Assembly (NCBI GenBank): GCA_045804325.1
Contig: JBJMNJ010000035.1
Coordinates: forward strand, 423 to 64,422
Direction of reading: 5' to 3'
DNA: 64,000 bases
Source of the DNA: Gemmatimonadaceae bacterium
GTDB lineage: Bacteria; Gemmatimonadota; Gemmatimonadetes; Gemmatimonadales; Gemmatimonadaceae
The notes under the pieces were generated by a model. That model was not told the DNA's origin and did no database searches. It saw only the letters and a list, made by a program, of their open reading frames with translations. The translations under genes and the position numbers were made by a program. Shown piece by piece: positions 60,538 to 64,000 of this stretch; the first letter of the stretch is position 1, and each line of letters starts with the position of its first letter.

Positions 60538-61206
60538 GTGCCCGCCCCCGCCGCGCCCCTCCCCGAGCTCGCCCCGTTCCGCGACGTCGCGCCCGCCGCG
60601 CTCGCCGTGCTCGCGGCCGCGCCCCGCCGCCGCTTCCGCCGCGGCGAGACGCTCTGGGTGGCGGGCGCCGAGGCGCGCGGGCTCATGGTCGTGCTGAGCG
60701 GACGGGTGCGCGTGGTGCGCGCGCCCGAGGGTCGACAGTACGCCGTGCACACCGAGGGGCCGGGCGGCACGCTCGGCGAGGTGCCGTTCTTCGCCGGCGG
60801 GCGCTACCCGGCCACCGCGGTGGCGGCGGAGCCGACGACGTGCCTCGTCATCGACCGCTCGACGCTCGCCCGCGCCGTGGCCGCCGACCCGGAGGTCGCG
60901 CTCCGGTGGCTCGGCCGGCTCGCGGCGCGCGTGCGCCAGCTCGTCGAACGGCTCGACCAGCAGACGGCGCGCACCGTCGAGCAGCGGCTGGCGGCGCTCC
61001 TGCTCGCGCGGCACGCCGCGAGTCCCGGCGCGCCGTTCGCGCTCGCCGCCACGCAGGCGGAGGCGGCCGAGGAGATCGGCACGGTGCGCGAGGTCCTCGT
61101 GCGCACGCTGCGCCGCTTCCGCCAGGCGGGGCTCGTGACCACTCCGGCGCGCGGTCGCTACGGCGTTCGCGACGCCGCGGGGCTGCGACGCATCGCGGGC
61201 GACTGA
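60538..61206 (+). CDS. Crp/Fnr-family transcriptional regulator
   Basis: Frame of ORF 60451..61206, trimmed to GTG 60538. cNMP-binding fold (GETLWVAGAEARGLMVVLSGRVRVV...GTLGEVPFF) and a C-terminal HTH (TQAEAAEEIGTVREVLVRTLRRF). Confidence 0.8.
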   Translation: MPAPAAPLPELAPFRDVAPAALAVLAAAPRRRFRRGETLWVAGAEARGLMVVLSGRVRVVRAPEGRQYAVHTEGPGGTLGEVPFFAGGRYPATAVAAEPTTCLVIDRSTLARAVAADPEVALRWLGRLAARVRQLVERLDQQTARTVEQRLAALLLARHAASPGAPFALAATQAEAAEEIGTVREVLVRTLRRFRQAGLVTTPARGRYGVRDAAGLRRIAGD

Positions 61207-61240
61207 GAAGGCCGGCCAGCGCCGCGCTCCCTGCGATCGC

Positions 61241-61274
61241 GACGGGGCCGGGCGCCGCGTCGCCCGGCCCCGTC
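61241..61274. terminator. strong GC hairpin between convergent crp-like and csbD-like genes
   Basis: gacggggccgggcg-ccgcgt-cgcccggccccgtc has a perfect 14-bp stem. Confidence 0.55.
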
Positions 61275-61302
61275 TACCCTCACAACCAAGACCTGGCGGC
61301 GG

Positions 61303-61527
61303 TCAGATCCCCGTGTCGCGCCGCGTCTTGTTCACGCGATCGAGCTCGCTCTGCGCCTCGCCGAGCCGCTGCTGCGCCTTCCCCTCGAGCTGGTCGGCCT
61401 TGCCCTCGATGTCGTCGCGCGGGTTGTCGGTCAGGTTGCCGAGCGCGTCCTTGAACTTGCCCTTGAGCTCCTTCGCCTTGCCCTCGAGCTCGATCTGCTT
61501 GCCAGTCTTGCGGGTCGCGTCGTCCAT
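61303..61527 (-). CDS. CsbD-family general stress protein
   Basis: 74-aa ORF. GKAKELKGKFKDALGNLTDNPRDDIEGKADQLEGKAQQRLGEAQ is the typical CsbD repeat pattern. Confidence 0.85.
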   Translation of the reverse strand: MDDATRKTGKQIELEGKAKELKGKFKDALGNLTDNPRDDIEGKADQLEGKAQQRLGEAQSELDRVNKTRRDTGI

Positions 61528-61623
61528 GTGAGCCTCCTGCTGAAGAGTCCGGCCGCGCGGCGCATGCCCTGCCGCGAACGGCGCCTGACATAGCGCCTAT
61601 CGTGCCAGCCGGAGCGTCGCTCG

Positions 61624-62097
61624 CTACGAACGCGCGTACGTCCCCATCAGCTCCGCGGTCTCGAGCACGTGCCCGGCCATGGCGGCCTCGAGCTCGGCCC
61701 TGCTCGCGATGCCGCGCTCGGGGAGCAGTGCATCGAGGGCGAACAGGTGGAAGAAGTAGCGGTGTCGTCCGATGGGCGGACACGGGCCGTTGTAGCCCGC
61801 GCCGCCGGAGTCGTTCCGCAGCGCGCGCGTGCCGCTGGGCAGCTCCTTCGCCGCCACGCCCTCGGCGAGCGCGCGCGTGTCGGGCGGGACGTTGTACAGC
61901 GCCCAGTGCAGCCACACGCGCTTGGGCGCCGCGGGATCGGGCGCGTCGGGGTCGTCCACGATGAGCGCGAGGGACCGGGTGCCGGAGGGGGCGCCCGTCC
62001 ACGCGAGCGGCGGGGAGACGTCCGCGTCGTCGCAGGTGTGCCGCCGCGGGATCGCGCCGCCGGCCGCGAACGCGGAGGAGGTGATGGAAAGGGCCAC
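61624..62097 (-). CDS. YbhB/YbcL-family PEBP (Raf-kinase-inhibitor-like) protein, cytoplasmic form
   Basis: 157-aa ORF (GTG start). SPPLAW...LIVDDPDAP...WLHW...GYNGPCPPIGRHRYFFHLFALD. Confidence 0.85.
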   Translation of the reverse strand: MALSITSSAFAAGGAIPRRHTCDDADVSPPLAWTGAPSGTRSLALIVDDPDAPDPAAPKRVWLHWALYNVPPDTRALAEGVAAKELPSGTRALRNDSGGAGYNGPCPPIGRHRYFFHLFALDALLPERGIASRAELEAAMAGHVLETAELMGTYARS

Positions 62098-62105
62098 GCG
62101 CTAGC

Positions 62106-62279
62106 TCACTTGAGCGTCAGGGTGAGGATCAGGAGCGCGCCGAGGACCGCGAGGACGACGATCGTCCATTTCTGGACGAACACGGACGGCGCGTCACCGT
62201 GGTGGCGGTGCGGGTCGTGGCGCCCCCGCACGCTCGCGATGGCACCGACGAGGAAGATGACGAGAAGGAGCTCGGCCAC
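62106..62279 (-). CDS. 57-aa two-TM membrane peptide with His-rich loop (hypothetical)
   Basis: Frame of ORF 62106..62339, trimmed to GTG 62279 with GGAGG 6 nt upstream. VAELLLVIFLVGAIASVRGRHDPHRHHGDAPSVFVQKWTIVVLAVLGALLILTLTLK. Confidence 0.45.
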   Translation of the reverse strand: MAELLLVIFLVGAIASVRGRHDPHRHHGDAPSVFVQKWTIVVLAVLGALLILTLTLK

Positions 62280-62347
62280 GCGTGACCTCCCGCTCCCGGA
62301 ATGGCGGCAGGTCCTCCTGGACCGCACGTCTCGGTCCACTGGCGCAC

Positions 62348-63118
62348 CTAACGACCGGCGACCTCGGCCGCGAACGCGGCCACCGCCGCGGCGCGGTCGG
62401 CGGCGATGGGCTCCACCCGGCAGTCCGGCAGGTGCTCGGCGTACACGGCCGCGACCTCCGCGGGGTGGATGGGGTCGTCGCCGGGGATGAGCAGCGCCGG
62501 CACCCGGATGGCACGCAGCTCCGCCGCCGCGCCGAACGGCTGCGCGCCCGTGTCGAGGAAGCGGGCCGTCGCGGCGACGCTCCCGGGGTCGAGCGTCTCG
62601 AGCATCGCGAGCGCCCGCGCCTGCACTCCTTCGGGGAGCCGCTCGTAGAGCGGGCGCAGCACGCCCGTGCCCTCGGCGGGCGCGCGCTCGGCCAGCGCGC
62701 GCAGCTCGGTGAAGGCGGCCCGCTGCGCCGGCAGGAGGCCGAGCGCCGCGCCGCCGTACGCCGGCGTCACGAGGACGAGCGCGCGGAGGCGCGCCGGGTG
62801 GCGGAGCGCGAACCGCACCGCCACCGCGGCGCCGCCCGACACGCCGCCGACGATCGCGTCGGCTTCCCCGGCGGCATCGAGCAGCGCGGCCACGTCGTCG
62901 GCGAGCCCGTCGAACGTGATCGCGCCGTGGAAGTGCGAGCGGCCGTTGCCGCGGAGGTCGGGCGCGAGCACCCGGAAGCGCGGCGCGAGCGCGTCCACGA
63001 GGCCGCGCACCGCGCCGTGCGTCGCCATGGGGCCGTGGAGCATCACCGCCGCGGGGCCGCTCCCCGCGTCCGCGGCGAAGAGGCGGGCGCCGTCGCGCTC
63101 CGCCCAGAGCTCGCGCAC
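62348..63118 (-). CDS. alpha/beta-fold hydrolase
   Basis: 256-aa ORF. VMLHGP...LAPDLRGNGRS...GGVSGGAAVAV (a GxSxG-like elbow) and the lid/His region at the C-terminus. Confidence 0.85.
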   Translation of the reverse strand: MRELWAERDGARLFAADAGSGPAAVMLHGPMATHGAVRGLVDALAPRFRVLAPDLRGNGRSHFHGAITFDGLADDVAALLDAAGEADAIVGGVSGGAAVAVRFALRHPARLRALVLVTPAYGGAALGLLPAQRAAFTELRALAERAPAEGTGVLRPLYERLPEGVQARALAMLETLDPGSVAATARFLDTGAQPFGAAAELRAIRVPALLIPGDDPIHPAEVAAVYAEHLPDCRVEPIAADRAAAVAAFAAEVAGR

Positions 63119-63143
63119 CGTCGCGCCCGGGCGCGGCGGCGTC

Positions 63144-63752
63144 TCAGCGCCCGTAGCGCGCCGTGAACGTCGCCGTGGCGAGCTTGTTCGCGTTCAGGTT
63201 GAAGCCGACCATCGCCGCCGTCGCGTTCGCGGGCACGTCGATGCGGTCCACCTTCAACGCGAACACCGTGAACACGTAGCGGTGCGGCTTGTCCCCCGGC
63301 GGCGGGCACGGGCCGCCGTAGCCCGGCGTGCCGAAGTCGGTGTTCCCCTGCCGCGCCCCGTTAGGCAGGCCGCGCCCCTGGGCGCCGCCGGCGCCGGCCG
63401 CGAGCGACGTCGCGGTCGCCGGGATGTCGAAGACCACCCAGTGCCACCACCCGCTCCCCGTCGGCGCGTCGGGGTCGTACACGGTGACGGCGTAGCTCTT
63501 CGTCCCCGCCGGGGCGCCGCGCCAGGAGAGCGCGGGCGAGACGTTCCCCCCGCGGCACCCGAACACGTTCGCGACGTGGCGCGCGGCGATGGGCGCGCCC
63601 GGTCCGACGTCGGGGCTCGTGAGCGTGAACCGCCCGGCGGCCCGGGCTGCCGGACGCTGCGCGGAGAGCGGCGCCGAGAGCGGCGCGGCGCCGAGCGCGA
63701 GCGCCACGGCCACCACGGCCGCGGCGCGAGACCTGACGAGCGGTCCTGACAT
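63144..63752 (-). CDS. YbhB/YbcL-family PEBP protein, secreted form
   Basis: Frame of ORF 63144..63944, trimmed to ATG 63752. Signal peptide MSGPLVRSRAAAVVAVALALGAAPLSA. SPALSW...VTVYDPDAPTGSGWWHW...GYGGPCPPPGDKPHRYVFTVFAL. Confidence 0.85.
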   Translation of the reverse strand: MSGPLVRSRAAAVVAVALALGAAPLSAPLSAQRPAARAAGRFTLTSPDVGPGAPIAARHVANVFGCRGGNVSPALSWRGAPAGTKSYAVTVYDPDAPTGSGWWHWVVFDIPATATSLAAGAGGAQGRGLPNGARQGNTDFGTPGYGGPCPPPGDKPHRYVFTVFALKVDRIDVPANATAAMVGFNLNANKLATATFTARYGR

Positions 63753-63781
63753 CGTGTCCTCGCGAGGAGTCGAGACGGGGA

Positions 63782-64000
63782 TCATTCTACCACGGCGCCC
63801 CACGCGCGCTCCATCCCGAGCTCCGCCTCGAGCAGCGCGCGGTCCCGCCCGATGGCGGCCACCGCCAGCACGCGCTCGCCGGCGCGGTAGGTCACCGTGC
63901 AGTCGCGGCCGGCGATGCTCCCGCTGATCGCGACGTCGTCCCACCGCTCGGCGTGCCCCACGTAGCCGATCGTGACGTCGTGGTGCGCGCTCCAGAAGAA
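63782..64000 (-). CDS. C-terminal fragment of an FAD-dependent ferredoxin-reductase-like oxidoreductase (Reductase_C-like domain); gene continues past the right edge
   Basis: The reverse frame reads FFWSAHHDVTIGYVGHAERWDDVAISGSIAGRDCTVTYRAGERVLAVAAIGRDRALLEAELGMERAWGAVVE-stop (TGA at 63782-63784). High GC3. The pattern resembles the FWSDQYD...G...Y C-terminal dimerisation domain of ferredoxin/rubredoxin reductases. Confidence 0.5.
   Translation of the reverse strand, partial: FFWSAHHDVTIGYVGHAERWDDVAISGSIAGRDCTVTYRAGERVLAVAAIGRDRALLEAELGMERAWGAVVE

Overview
This is a very GC-rich bacterial window (GC looks well above 70% by eye, and real genes show G/C at almost every third codon position). 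It is densely coding. I saw no rRNA, tRNA, CRISPR array, transposase or integrase. The gene content points to a Gemmatimonadota- or Acidobacteriota-like soil bacterium (inference): five MacB/FtsX-type 'ADOP' orphan permeases (three paired with PadR regulators), a TIGR02999/ECF43-type sigma factor coupled to a Ser/Thr kinase with TPR repeats, and several orphan GAF/CHASE3 histidine kinases. Other recognisable genes are ku-ligD (NHEJ), a LytS/LytTR two-component pair next to an NTF2-like/M1-peptidase pair, a P-type ATPase, a carboxylesterase, a HemG-like flavodoxin, universal stress proteins, an SBP56 (selenium-binding / methanethiol-oxidase family) gene followed by membrane-protein, peroxiredoxin, DsbA and Usp genes, two PEBP/YbhB paralogues, Crp/Fnr, CsbD and a large Ig-repeat surface protein. 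The most unusual region is about 18.9-26.5 kb. There the ku-ligD operon continues without gaps into five unrecognisable ORFs, including a duplicated module of a protein plus a mini-TM peptide. The ku leader carries three tandem 13-bp units built on a GCGAATTCGC palindrome. The roughly 0.6-kb non-coding stretch upstream of ku contains a cluster of DnaA boxes (one perfect TTATCCACA, one inverted pair) beside the most AT-rich patch in the window, plus a clustered 8-mer GCCTAACG/CGTTAGGC. Many long Arg/Pro/Ala-rich ORFs in the six-frame track are antisense or off-frame artefacts of the GC content and are not reported. Starts were trimmed by hand from the sequence and several remain uncertain.
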